Assembly: GCA_951406725.2 (NCBI GenBank)
Contig: OX597836.1
Span: forward strand, 3,844,001 to 3,908,000
DNA length: 64,000 nucleotides
Origin: Octopus vulgaris
Lineage: Eukaryota
Reading direction: 5' to 3'
Shown here piece by piece: positions 1-14,281 of the stretch (the stretch's first letter is position 1; each line of letters opens with the position of its first letter). The position numbers and the translations under genes are program-made. The notes under the pieces are model-generated. The model made no database searches, was not told where the DNA came from, and worked only from the letters and a program-made list of their open reading frames with translations.

Positions 1-127
1 ATATATACATACATACATACATACATATATATACACACATACATACATATATATAGTATGTATGTTTGCATCAATGAAATGTCCAAGCGTGCTTGTGAGT
101 CTGTGTATGTGAGGGCATCTGTGTACG

Positions 128-197
128 TTATTATTATTATTATTACTATCATTATTATTATTATTATTATTAATACTATTATTATTATTATTAATAC

Positions 198-263
<66 letters not shown>

Positions 264-275
264 CATTATTAATGC

Positions 276-308
<33 letters not shown>

Positions 309-316
309 TGCTATTT

Positions 317-375
<59 letters not shown>

Positions 376-430
376 ACTATTATTATTATTATTATTATTA
401 TTATTATCATTATTATTATTATTATTATTG
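128..430. repeat. (ATT)n microsatellite
   Basis: Direct trinucleotide repeat; explains the poly-I/poly-L ORFs. Confidence 0.97.
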
Positions 431-1620
431 TTGTTGTGGTTGTGGATTTTAATTGGTTAGACACAAGAGAGAGAGAGAGAGAGTGAGAGAGAGAGAGACG
501 GGTGAGATAACAAGTGTGAAGTGCATTGTGTTTCTGGTGCAACGCAGAGAGAAATCATATCAGTGAAAAAAAGGGAAATCAAACTGGTTAATAAGGGTCT
601 AAGCTATATATCAAACCAGTTATCTGGAAATATAAAGAGTAAATGTGTGTATAAGTCTATGTGTTTGTGTTTTTGTGTGTGTGTATGTGTGTGAGCGAGT
701 GCGTATCTTTGTGTATGTCTGTGCATTTGTTATGATATATATGTATATGTTTATGTATATTTATCATATACATTATATATACATATTTTATATATATTAT
801 ATATATTAATATATATACATATATATATATATACATATATATATATAATGTATATACGTGCATATATATATACATATATATATACTTATTATAATATGCA
901 AGTATTGGTGTAATATACCTACAGCTGTATATGAGTGTGTGTGTGTATAAGTATACACTTGTACACATATACTTTAGTATGTGTACATATGTAAATATAT
1001 ATATATATTTATATATATGTATATATATATGTATTTATAAACTTACGTGCCGTTATATAGGCACATATATACCCATCAATGCTTATATGCATTCAAATAC
1101 ACACATATATGTACACACCTATATGCATACACACAAACGTATACATATAAATATACATACTGACAAGCTTATGCATATACTAATAATTACACCTGTCTTT
1201 TAGATACGTATACTCACATACAGAAGTAGAAAGTAACCCCCCCCCACACGCACACACACTCAATGACAAACGTAAATTTTGGAAATACCAAAAACAAAAA
1301 TAAAGCAAAAATATATAAAATTGCGCCTAACATCGTAATATACAAAAATATAGAAATTTTTAATTTGATTCAACTGAAGATTGAATTAAAACTTGATAAC
1401 AGAATATCCCCAAAATACCATTCTGCAGCATTTTCTGATATTCTGAAAACGGTCAGTACCATTTCTAAGAACGACATCTGCAGCTGCAATATAAATATTT
1501 GGAATAATGTAATTCCACAAGGAAAAAATGTTATCTATCATTTATCAAAATCCGAACACAATATGTATTGAAATATGCATATATGTACGTAGTTGGATAA
1601 GTATTTGTGTGTTTGTGTTT

Positions 1621-1680
<60 letters not shown>

Positions 1681-1899
1681 GTGCGTGTGTGTGTGTGTGC
1701 GTATGTATCAATGTATGCATAATTTATACTATATATTTGGGAAATTCTGTCAGTTTGTGGAGTTGTTAGCTAACTCCCCCTACATCGTTTTATCGATTTT
1801 GCTGAAACGTGACTTGTGAGTAGAACTCATATCTGGAAACCTCATGGAATACTCAGATTGTTGAAAAGATAGGGCCCCTGGAAGGGATCCTTATATATA

Positions 1900-1958
1900 T
1901 CTAATATATTTTTATTTAAAAAACCAAGGGAAATAAACCATTCGCTCCTGGAAGGGGT

Positions 1959-2013
<55 letters not shown>

Positions 2014-2664
2014 AAAGGAAATAACCCATTCATTTTCCTAAATCATTTGTTAAAAATGAAATTGGGTATGGTTATTTCTTAGTATTTGAACTGTTAGAGT
2101 TATTTTCGCAATTTATCCAGTACAACCCTTAAGCAAGTAAATAGTATTTTCTTAAACAATAGAGCCACTTATTTCGGTTAGTAACTTACTCACGAATATA
2201 CCAACACTAGCGCCCCTGAGGGTAATATCCTCTAGGAAAACCCAAAAGCCCTTTTCAGAGTTACTTAGTTTGAATTGTTATCTCATATCTGATTAGCCTG
2301 TTATTACGTAACATGATTCACGATTTTAGTATACATACCTTATTAGTATTTTCTCCTAATTTCTATATACTCTGGGAACGCATTAAAGCCCTTTTCGGGG
2401 CTACTTTATTTGAATTCTTACTATTGAGTAACTAATTTCATGTTATTACATAAGTGACTTCACAATTAGGGAATTCATAACTCATTGGGAATTCCTAAAA
2501 AAAAGATCCTGTGTAAGACATTTCGGTATTCTCTGTAAATGTACAAAAACCTTTTTAAGGGCTACATACTTTGTATTGTTGTTATTGGATTAGCGAAACA
2601 ATTATGAGAACGGAACCAAGAGATAAGCCCCGCTTTCCCGGGCATTACCAGGTACATCAGCTAG
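1900..2664 (+). mobile_element. Probable non-autonomous Helitron (3' end clear, 5' end uncertain)
   Basis: Ends CCCGGGCATTACCAGGTACATCAG-CTAG|T: a decayed GC hairpin followed by CTAG then T. Candidate A|TC start at 1900. Three degenerate internal units begin AAAGCCCTTTT. Confidence 0.5.
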
Positions 2665-2738
2665 TGTATATATATATATATATATATACGCGTTTGCAAG
2701 TTTTATATGAATATTTATACGCAGATCTATGTACATAA

Positions 2739-2967
2739 GGAGAGGTGCGTGGCTTAGTGGTTAGCGGGAGTTGGATTTCGATTTCTTTACCGGGTGACGC
2801 GATGTATTCTTGAACAAAACACTTCATTTCAGGTTTCTGCAATCTACTCAGCTGGAGAAAAGGAGTTAATCCTGCGACGGGATCGGCGTCCCGTTCAGGT
2901 GCGGAATACATACGTCATTAAAACCGGGAAACAGGCACTTATGAGCCTGGCATGGCGCGAGAAGGAA
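2739..2967 (+). mobile_element. tRNA-derived SINE, type C
   Basis: A-box TGGCTTAGTGG, B-box-like TTTCGATTTC, body AAAACACTTCATTTCA shared with other copies in the window. Confidence 0.8.
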
Positions 2968-3006
2968 ATATTTATTTATAATCAATTTTTTATGTACATA
3001 TGTAAT

Positions 3007-3080
3007 GCCTAAGGTGTCACGCAGCAGGACTGAACCCAGAAGAACGTCGTTGGGAAGCAAGCTTCTTAGCGCACAGCCAC
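3007..3080 (-). mobile_element. SINE type A, head fragment
   Basis: Reverse complement GTGGCTGTGCGCTAAGAAGCTTGCTTCCCAAC...GGGTTCAGTCC matches the copy at 10432. Confidence 0.75.
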
Positions 3081-3102
3081 TATATATATATATGTGTGTG
3101 GG

Positions 3103-3136
<34 letters not shown>

Positions 3137-3332
3137 ATATATGTATATGTATGCATGTGTATATATATGTGCATTTATAATCATGGATATATACCTATAT
3201 GGATAAACTCATATATATATTTACATATATGGTCATATACATAAATATACACTCGCTAACACCAACACACATACAAATGGGAATGCGCATATGGTTGCCA
3301 GTGTAGATGTATTCAACGTATATTTGTATGTG

Positions 3333-3381
<49 letters not shown>

Positions 3382-3626
3382 GTGTGTGTTTGTGTGAGTT
3401 TCCCTTACGAATCTGTAAATGCTTTTCTATGGAAATTAGAATTCTAGCCTGCAGCAGATATAACACTCGAATATACTGTATTCTGCTTAATACAGGCACC
3501 TGCGCTATTATATATATATATTGAAATGTGTAGACTTACGCAAACACTCAGTAACGCGTTCACTTATACATATGTTGCGTCATATTATATATATAATGTA
3601 ACGAAACATTTTCCATATATATACAG

Positions 3627-3899
3627 TGAAGGAGCAATGGCCCAGTAGTTGAGGCAGCAGACCCGCGGTCATAGAATCGCCGTTTCGATTCCCAGACCGC
3701 TCATTTTGAGTGTTTACTGAGCGAAAACACTTAAAGCTCCACGTGGTTCTGGCAAGAGGTGGTGGTGAACACTGCTCTATTCTTTCACCACAACTTTTTC
3801 TCACTCTTTCTTCCTGTTTCTGTTGTACCTGTATTTCAAAGGGCCAGCCTTGTAACACTCTTTGTCACGCTGAATCTCCACGAGAATAACGTTAAGGGT
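3627..3899 (+). mobile_element. tRNA-derived SINE, type D
   Basis: TGGCCCAGTAG A-box, GTTTCGATTCCC B-box; body CCTGTATTTCAAAGGGCCAGCCTTG recurs near 25880 (minus). Confidence 0.8.
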
Positions 3900-4107
3900 T
3901 TCCTGGTTTCAATGGCTTATGTGTTCCCCAGCTGGACGGGACGGCACTCCATCGAAGCGTTGCTCATTTTTGCCAGCTGAGTGGACTGGAGCAACGTGAA
4001 AATGAAGTGTTTTGCTCAAGGACACAACGCGTCACCCGGTCCAGGAATCGAAACCACAATCTTACGATCATGATGCTGACACCCTAACCAGTAAGCCACA
4101 TGCCACC
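3900..4107 (-). mobile_element. SINE type C
   Basis: Reverse complement TGGCTTACTGGTTAGGGTGTCAGCATCATGATCGTAAGATTGTGGTTTCGATTCC. Confidence 0.82.
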
Positions 4108-4628
4108 ACATGTACGTATATACACACACATATATGTATATACCAACACACCCACATATATATATATACACACACATATATATATACACACATATATATC
4201 TATGCATATATATATATATATGTATTTATAGACATATACAAACATACATGCACACTTGCACAAAACAAACACACAATATAATACTTATAGAATTAAATAT
4301 ACATATAAATATATTGAGCTATGAAACAATATAAAAATTCTTTCATGAGATAATTTCTTCCTTAAAAATCCATTTCGAAGATGTAATCGCTCTTCATCGC
4401 TCTTACTTTCTTCCGGTCTCCTCCCTGCATATCTCTGCCTCCTTCTCTCTCTCTATCTATCTCTTTCTTTCTCTTTCTCTCTCTCTCTCTCTTTCCTTCT
4501 CTTTCTCTTTCTCTCTCTCTCTTTCCTTCTCTCTCCCTTTCTCTCTCCCTTTCTCTCTCTCTTTCTCTCTTTCTCTCTGTCTCTGAAATGTCTCAGTTTA
4601 TTATTCCTTTCTTCTCGCCTGGTATAGT

Positions 4629-4717
<89 letters not shown>

Positions 4718-5359
4718 ATTCGCTCAAGTGATGTACGGAAAAATTAACAAGTAACAACCAAACGAAAAACAAAAGAAAAAAAAGTAAGCGAAAAAAATAA
4801 CTCTTTTATCAAAGACTCTAAGAGAATCTTTGTATGTTTGTAGAATGCCTCCAATGTTCTAGACTATAATAACAATTCCAAAATGCCAAAATGGTAAAAT
4901 AACAAACGGAAACAATGAAAAAAGAATTCTCGTACGGATTGTTTGAGAGGTTTTTAAACTTTGGAACGAAATAATACGAATTAAAGATCAAACGTCTTCG
5001 TTAGCTGTTTTTCTCATTCGCCATCAACGAAGTTGTCACACACACTGGCATGTATGGGCTATCAATAACAACATCAACAACAACAACAAATATAATAATA
5101 ATATTGATGGTGATGACGATGATGATGATGATGATATAAATGATAAGAGCATTAGCAATATAAATGGATCGAAAGTAATAAACAAAAAAATACAAGCGCA
5201 CAAATTTACATAAATATATCAATAATAAATATTTATATAAATTGCAAACACACACACACACACATACACACACACACACAAACACCCACACATATACAAA
5301 TGGATGAACATCAATGCACAAATGAACAAAGTGAATGTATATTAATACACATGCACACA

Positions 5360-5399
<40 letters not shown>

Positions 5400-5607
5400 C
5401 GAAGGCCACACGTAGACATACACATACATATACATTTCTGTATACATTAATTCCTGCACGCTCTTACTTATTTAAATATGCATATTCCTCTGTGATCCGT
5501 TCTTCATGCCAAAGACATATAATGCTTCCACTATTCAGCGCAGTTTACTTATTAAATAATAGAGATAGATAGCTAGATTTTAGTTTAATTAAATAGACCG
5601 ATAGATA

Positions 5608-5671
<64 letters not shown>

Positions 5672-5824
5672 TGTCTTTGTGTGTGTGTGTGAATATATGT
5701 GTATATTTATATATACAAAGAGGGAGAAGTAGAGACAAAGAGGAGGGGTAATGAGATAACTAAAAACTTTAATTGATGTGTCAATCGGATTTTATATTTT
5801 CTCTCCTTAACTATGATTTATCAG

Positions 5825-6140
<316 letters not shown>

Positions 6141-6495
6141 TATGTATTTGTTTGTTTGTGTGTGTGTGTGTCTGTGTGTTTGTGTGTTGACATGCATTTG
6201 CACATTGTCACATGTCCATTTATTCAGTACTTGTTTCCCTAGTTTCGTATGGACCCTTTCCTGCCGCTTAGTCTCAGTCAAACTAATCGATCTGATATTC
6301 TGCTTTTCAACAGATACGCTGATGCTTTCAACCTCTCTGAATCACACATTTTCCTCTCTCTCTCCTTGTCTCTCTCTCCTTCTCGCTCTCTTTCTCCTTC
6401 TCGCTCTCTCTCTCCTTCTCGCTCTCTCTCTCTCTCTCTCCTCGCTCTTTCTGGCTGTTTCTATCTCTGAAACATGCAGATATATATGTGTGTTT

Positions 6496-6652
6496 GTGAG
6501 TGGCTGTGTGGTAAGTAGCATTCAGAAAGCATCACTGGTTGGCCCGGGGCTATAAACGAAGACACTTGCTGAAGGTGCAGCAATTTAAGGCAGAACCCGA
6601 AACCCAGATTCACGTGTCTGTAATGTGAACATTTTAACCACACGTCCACCTC
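6496..6652. mobile_element. Two degraded SINE type A pieces in opposite orientation
   Basis: GTGGCTGTGTGGTAAGTAGC (+) followed by GGCCCGGGGCTATA..GAAGACACTTGC (minus-strand body). Confidence 0.6.
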
Positions 6653-7204
6653 AGAAATGCCGCCTTACTTTCAGACAAACCCATTAATTTTAAAAAAGAA
6701 ATGTTTTTGAAAATCTTTGATTTGAATTTTAAAATTTACCAAGTCTACTACTTCTAGTTTGGTATTTTGACACAAATATATGTTCATGGTTTGGCACCGA
6801 GTCTTTGATCAATAATAGCTGGTCGTTGTCTGCTGGAGCTTTCCAATAAAAAGAGAAACATTATCAAGCATCGATGTATGTTCCATGCCATGGAACTCGT
6901 GCTTTGATCTATAATAACAGGTAGTTGTTTTAGCCGTTTCCAATAAAAAAAGCAAATAAATAAAACAAACAAAAGAAAAAAAACGAATCATTACCAACAA
7001 ATAACGAAAAAATGAAGAAAAAAAATTATAAAGTAAGAAATAAAAAAAACCAAACTAGGAAACAAAAACAACGACAATAAGAAACAAAAAACAAATGCCA
7101 AATAAAAGAAACAAAAGCAAAGCAGCCATTTTTTGCATTAGAAATGTTCGGAAAGAAATTCTGCCGTCAACAGAAAGACACACAGACAGACTATCGCGAG
7201 ATAA

Positions 7205-7815
<611 letters not shown>

Positions 7816-7888
7816 ATGCATGATTTCGCTCACACATACACATGCAAGTATGCGTATATACGTTGCCTATATATAAACGTGTGTCTAT

Positions 7889-7978
<90 letters not shown>

Positions 7979-8122
7979 GTCAGTCTATCAATCTCTCTAT
8001 CTATCTGTTTGTCCGTCTGTCTGTATCTGTATCCACCCAACCATATATGTATCTATTTATGTGCACACACACTCACACATACACTCATATTTATGCTATA
8101 GATAAATTTTATACACATACAC

Positions 8123-8192
<70 letters not shown>

Positions 8193-8263
8193 ATATATAT
8201 ATATATATATATATCTCTCTCTCTATATATATATAGTAGAAATATGTTACAAAAAGAAATATA

Positions 8264-8302
<39 letters not shown>

Positions 8303-8344
8303 GTATATATATATATATTTTGTATATATATATATATAAAAGTA

Positions 8345-8394
<50 letters not shown>

Positions 8395-8532
8395 GAAGGA
8401 TAAAAATATTTCTGACGATTCGGCAGAGAAATAAAACTAAAAATAAAACAATATTCTTGAAAGTAGTTTTATTCACAATTTCTTCAACTATTTTTGAATA
8501 CTCAACAATCGTCGTTTCCCGTTTGCGCATAA

Positions 8533-8614
<82 letters not shown>

Positions 8615-8833
8615 ACACACATACACACACACACACACAAACACACACACAAACGCACGCACACACACACACATATGTATGCACTCTCACACCTACACAT
8701 AATTCTTTCTCTAAAAATGTACAGGGTAGCATACTGCTTTTCATTCTCCATTTCTCTATCGCTTTTTACTTATGCAAAAACAATGCGCGCACGCATGTGC
8801 ACGTGTGTATGTTTGTGTGCGTGTATATATATG

Positions 8834-8887
<54 letters not shown>

Positions 8888-9036
8888 TACATATACATAC
8901 ACACACACACACGCTCTTATGAATAGCAGTTTTGAAAATAGCATTTTTTTGTCCAATTGTCAGAAATAATTATATTCTTCATATATATAATTATAGTTAT
9001 ATATACATACATACATACACATATATATATATATGT

Positions 9037-9160
9037 AGGGTGGCGATCTGGAAGCACGCCGGGACGAAATGCTAAGTGGTATTTCGTTTGTCTTTACGTT
9101 CCGAGTTCAAATTTCGGCGACGTCGATTTTGCCTTTCATCATTTCGGGGTCGATTAAACA
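9037..9160 (+). mobile_element. SINE type B fragment
   Basis: GGTATTTCG...GAGTTCAAATTTCGGCGACGTCGATTTTGCCTTTCATC body shared with many copies in the window. Confidence 0.78.
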
Positions 9161-9164
9161 AGTT

Positions 9165-10257
9165 AAAAGCAACCCTTTCTAACATGGAAGTATCTAAAGA
9201 GCATTTAAGGCACATAATACTTTATGAATACAAAGAAGGAAACTCTGCAGCCGAAGCGACTCGAAACATAACACTCAGTTTATGTGAAAGAATGTTTGAA
9301 TGAAAGAACTTGCAGAAGGTTTGCAAAAGTCAGAAGTGGAGATTTCAGCCTTGAAGATGAAGATCGAACAGGACGTCCAGTTGATTTTGAGGATAAGCTC
9401 TATGAGGCAAGGGTTGAAGGAATCCCTGCACTATCAGTTGAAGAAGTGGCAGTAAAGCTTAGTTCAAACCATACAACTGTTCATCGTCATCTTCAACAAC
9501 TTGGAAAGGTTCCTAAACTTGGAAAATGGGTGCCTTATGTATTAACATCTGTTCTCTCTATTCTTGCGGTCTCCTTTCACCCTTTTTGAATAGACTTGTG
9601 ACTGGTGGCGAATAATGTATCTTCTATCGAAATGTTAAACGTCGTAAACAGTGGCTTGGTAAAAGGGAAATAGCTCAATCACAACCGAGAAGGGAACTTC
9701 ATGGAAAAAAAAGGTTCTTCTCTCTATCTGGTGGGATTGCAAAGGAGTAATTCACTTTGAATTGTTACCATCAACTGCAACAATCAGTGCTAAGTCTATT
9801 GTCAGCAATTAGAGCGTTTGAACCAAGCTTTGAAGAACAAATAACCCGCTATAGTGAATCGAAAAGGAGTGATGCTTCATCAGAACAATGCGTGACCCCA
9901 CACTGCAAAGATCACATCAGAAAAAATCGAAGAACTTGGTTGGGAAAAAATTCCTCATCCACCTTATTTTCCCGACCTTGCTCCTTCAGACTACCATTTG
10001 TTTCGTAGTTCACAGAATAATTTGGGGGACATAACTTTCGCAAGTCAGGAGAATGTCGAAACTGACATTTCAGAGTTCTTCACTTTGAAACCAAAAGAGT
10101 TGTACATTGATGGGATTAAAAAGCTTGTAAATAGATGGAAGGAAGTCATAGATAATCAGGGAAAGTACATTCATGATTAAATTTCAATTAAATATAACAT
10201 TTTATCACTTGTTTTCTTTATTCAAAATTCGGACAGAACTTATGGGATGACCTGATA
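9165..10257 (+). mobile_element. Mariner DNA transposon, left TIR missing
   Basis: Transposase remnant plus TIR-like right end CGGACAGAACTTATGGGATGACCTGA|TA. Confidence 0.9.
9184..10180 (+). pseudogene. Mariner (DD34D) transposase pseudogene
   Basis: MEVSKEHLRHIILYEY HTH start, SGDFSLEDEDRTGRP, GKWVPY (WVPHEL motif), decayed VTGDEKW (VTGGE*), HQNNA, YFPDLAPSDYHLF, GIKKLVNRWKEVIDNQGKY; several frameshifts and stops. Confidence 0.93.
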
Positions 10258-10387
10258 TAACACATGTACATTAACTAAGGTAACAGAGACTGCCATAGAC
10301 CCAGTCAATTAATGAGGTTGACGTAATCGATTCGTCCTCTTCCACTTTCTGTCAAAATTTGAAATAATTATCTTTGTTATTACTACT

Positions 10388-10848
10388 GAGGTGGCAAGCT
10401 GGCAAAACCTACAGAATGTCGGAAAAAATGCAGAGTATGGCCATGTAGTAAGAAACATGCTGCCAAACCTCATGACTTCAGGTTTAGTCCCACTGCGTGA
10501 CACCTTGGGAAATTACCTTCTACTGTAGCCTCGGACCGACCAAAGCCACGTAATTGGATTTGGTATAGGGAAACTGAAAGAAGCCCATTTTATATATAGA
10601 TATGTGTGTGTGTGAGTATATATTTGTACGTGGTGTGTTTGCACTCCCCACCTGCCATCGCTCAACAACCGATACTGATGTGTTTATGTCCCTGTCACTT
10701 AGCAGTACGGCAAAAGAGATCGATAGAATAAGTTCTATGCTTATAAAGAATAAGTCTTGGGGGTCGATCGATTTCTTCGACTAATACTCATTAGGGCAAG
10801 TGCTCCAGCATGGCCACAGTCAAATGACTGAAAGTAGTAACAGAAGAA
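10388..10848 (+). mobile_element. Near full-length SINE type A preceded by a type B head
   Basis: tRNA-like head, CACTGCGTGACACCTTGGG core, internal (TA)/(TG) tract, tail GTGCTCCAGCATGGCCACAGTCAAATGACTGAAA. Confidence 0.85.
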
Positions 10849-11079
10849 AAAAAAATTAAGGAATTGAATGGGTATGAGGGTCCGCTTGATTAAAATAGGA
10901 ACCAAAGGGGTCCATAGGTAAAATAAGGTTTCAGAAGCACTGCACCCACCGAATGCTGGCTAAAACTCCCTTCTAACAGCGGTTATTCAGTCACTAGGGT
11001 CTCTTTCAGCCAGCAAACCAGGCAAAACCAGATATTAGCGACGGAAGTAGTATTATTTCTGAATGGTAGTCTCTGTCCC

Positions 11080-11215
11080 TTAATATCAAGTCCTGAAAGA
11101 TGAAAGGTAAAGCTGGTCTCGTCGGGATTTGAACTCAGAAGTAAAGAGCCGCATTTGACGCTACAAAGCTGTTTTTTTCCGTCAAGCTATCAATCTAGCC
11201 AGTTCGCTGACGCAG
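11080..11215 (-). mobile_element. SINE type B, degraded
   Basis: GAAAGATGAAAGGTAAAG...GATTTGAACTCAGAA is the reverse complement of the type B body. Confidence 0.65.
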
Positions 11216-11235
11216 TAAGGAGAAGGAATGAGAAG

Positions 11236-11700
11236 ACGAAGAAGAAGAAGAAGAAGAAGAAGAAGAAGAAGAAGAAGAAGAAGAAGAAGAAGAAGAAGAA
11301 GAAGAAGAAGAAGAAGAAGAAGAAGAAGAAGAAGAAGAGGAGGCGGAGAAGGAGGCGACAGAGAAGTAGAAGTTATAGGAGAATGAAAACAAAAGAAAGA
11401 CTATATCGAAGATGCAGACGAAAGAAGAAGGAAAAGAAGAGGAGGAGGAGGACGAAGGAGAAGAATAAGAATAAGAATAAGAAGTAAAAGAAGAAAAAGA
11501 AGAAAAAGAAGATAAAGAAGAAAAAGAAGATAAAGAAGAAAAAGAAGATAAAGAAGAAAAAGAAGAAGAAATAGTAGTAGTAGTAGTAGAAGAAGAAGAA
11601 GAAGATGAAGAAGAAGAAGAAGAAGAAGAAGAAGAAGAAGAAGAAGAAGAAGAAGAAGAAGAAGAAGAAGAAGAAGAAGAAGAAGAAGAGTGGAGAAGAA
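11236..11700. repeat. (GAA)n polypurine tract
   Basis: Direct repeat; explains the poly-K/S/F ORFs. Confidence 0.95.
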
Positions 11701-11986
11701 AAACAACAACAACAGCAAATAACCGCAGTAAAAGACAATGGGAAAATCTTGTTCTGGTATCTCATTCCTTGTTAGTTTCGCAGTTTTTGCGTCATGTTTC
11801 TTGGTTTTGTTCTTTGAAAATTTTTCTCTTTCTTTTGGTAAATGAAAGGAAATTTAATCTCGAGACAAATGTAATTTTAGAGACAAAAGCAGCTCTGTGG
11901 ACATTGCTGCTTTCTGAGACTGTTTTAGCAAAGCACATGAATATGCAAAACATTCTAGATTCCTGGCTTCAACAGAATTTTTCATC

Positions 11987-12020
<34 letters not shown>

Positions 12021-12084
12021 TGTTTGTGTTGTGTGTGTGGTGTGTGTGTTTGCGTTTGTGTGTGTGTGTGTGTGTGTGTGTTTG

Positions 12085-12115
<31 letters not shown>

Positions 12116-12142
12116 TTGTAAGAGGAATGTTTCCCCACTGGA

Positions 12143-12184
<42 letters not shown>

Positions 12185-12911
12185 TACATACATATGTGTC
12201 TGTGTTTGTGATTGTGAATGAGTTTGTTTGTATGTGAGAGAATGTGTGTGTGTAAGTGTGTGTCAAGGTGCGTATTTAAAATTGTGCACGTGTGTGTGTA
12301 TGCCCGTGCGTGTATGCGTGTATGAAAAGTAGTTACAAGGTGTATTTACAAAGGTGTTTGTGACTAAGCTTGAATGCGAGTGTGTGTGTGTGTGTTTGTG
12401 TTTACGTGTCTGTGAGTGTGCGTGTGTGTGTGTGCGTTTATATGTGTGATTATGCGCACGTAAATATCTGTGTATGTATATTTTTTATTCTGTATTCGTG
12501 TCTTATTTGTGTTTATACATGTATGCGCTCGTGTGTGTCTGCGTTGTTGTATGCTTGTATGCCTCTGTATGTGCGTGTATGTGTGTATGTACACGTGTGT
12601 GTAAGCAGCAAGCATGAAAGATCGGGTAGAGGCGTCTCGTCTTCATTAAAGTCTCGTTAGTTTTGGCAGCATTCTCTACGGGAAGCTCTGACTGGCTGAT
12701 TCGATCTTTGAGCCTGGCTGCCAAAAGCCTTACACGTCGTATTCAGTTACGTTCTTATGATAAGGTTACGCCGAAGGTCTGAGAACAGCAAACAACAACC
12801 GTGAAGGTCGTAGGCCCTCCCCCCGCGAAACTGTGATATTGATAAGATTGAGGGTCTTCTTGAAGGAGTAGATAATTAATTAAGAAGCAAGATACGAAGA
12901 GATAAGAAAGT

Positions 12912-13032
12912 AGGCGTGGCTGTGAGGTAAGAAGCTTCCTTCCCTGCCACATGGGTCCGGGTTCGGTCCCACTGCGTGGTACGTTGATTGGATCAACTGG
13001 AACCTTCATCGTCGTAACCGATGGAGTGCTAC
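12912..13032 (+). mobile_element. Chimeric SINE: type A head joined to type D tail
   Basis: GGCGTGGCTGTGAGGTAAGAAGC...CCACTGCGTGG then GTTGATTGGATCAACTGGAACC..GTCGTAACCGATGGAGTGC. Confidence 0.75.
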
Positions 13033-13754
13033 GATGTATATATATACATACACACAAACACACCTCCATACACATAAGCATGTATATACATATATACATA
13101 GGTAAACATCCACACATTCACGTACACACACCCATGCATATATATATATATTATCATATACAGAAATACGCTTGCACACGCAAAGGAAAACACACACGCA
13201 CATACACGCGCTGGAACAGCCTTTCCTTTGAACACACTTTGTATTGAAGATATAACTGCGTTCGAGTTTAATCTTGTTTATTCAAGACTTTTCATATTTT
13301 AGCTTCTTCGTTCTTTACGTTCAGATTGGAACAATAACCTTCCGATGTCCATTAAAATATCAAGACCTTCTCCGTATTTATCTTCTAAATGAAATGAATG
13401 AAAAGGACAGCGCATTGTTGCCGCGTTTTGTCGCAAAGATAGAATGTAAGAACTTGGAAGTATTTATTCCTAGATATTTCTAAGCATTGATGCCTCATTT
13501 AGTAATCCAGGAAAACCATTTTCTTTCAGGATTCTCTTGTGGAAAGTGATTTTTATTTCATTGTTTACCAACAAAGAATTTCGGAGTATTCAAAACATCT
13601 ACTCCATTACTGTAGTGACATCAACCATTTCAGACACGAAATACATGAGCTGTCAATGTTAGCTAATACACAGCGGAATCGGTGGCGCATCCGTCAGTCA
13701 GTTGATTTGAAATGTCATCGGTCAAGCATGTACATACATACATACATGCATACA

Positions 13755-13899
<145 letters not shown>

Positions 13900-13928
13900 A
13901 TACAATATGTTACATTACTCGGTAGTCA

Positions 13929-13991
13929 AGATAAAACTCTGAGTTTCAGATGCCGAAGTGGAAATCCACAACACCATCTCTTCGGTTATCT
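13929..13991 (-). ncRNA. Minimal type I hammerhead-like ribozyme (CCGAAGA core)
   Basis: AGAUAA-CCGAAGA-GAUG...CAUC-U-GAAA-CUCAGA-GUU-UUAUCU; 6 bp stem I, long stem II, near-palindromic stem III. Confidence 0.6.
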
Positions 13992-14244
13992 GGCTATTTC
14001 TTCATAGAATAATCTATGTGATATGCGTCCATATTAGATTCTTTTGTTTGTGAGAGTCCTCAACCGATGTTAGGCGATAATCCCAAAAAGGTCGTATTAG
14101 CTCTTAGTTGAGAATAACGTCGTCCGGGAGGTGATTTATTGATAAAACGGTAAGATAACAAAAGAAAGACCTCAATATTATGTAAATAGAGGAAATTTAT
14201 CTATATATATATATATATATATATATGTAAATAGAGGAAATTTA

Positions 14245-14281
<37 letters not shown>

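Noticed and set aside
2739-2800. tRNA-like A/B boxes here and at other SINE heads
   Set aside because: No complete cloverleaf; each continues into a repeated SINE body.
6803-6960. Two ~100 bp imperfect direct units starting TTTGATC
   Set aside because: Simple old tandem duplication; no array structure.
8419-8445. CTGACGA...GAAA hammerhead-like words
   Set aside because: Only a 2 bp stem II, no stem III or stem I.
14177-14280. Duplicated TATGTAAATAGAGGAAATTTATC(TA)n
   Set aside because: Slippage duplication inside a TA tract.
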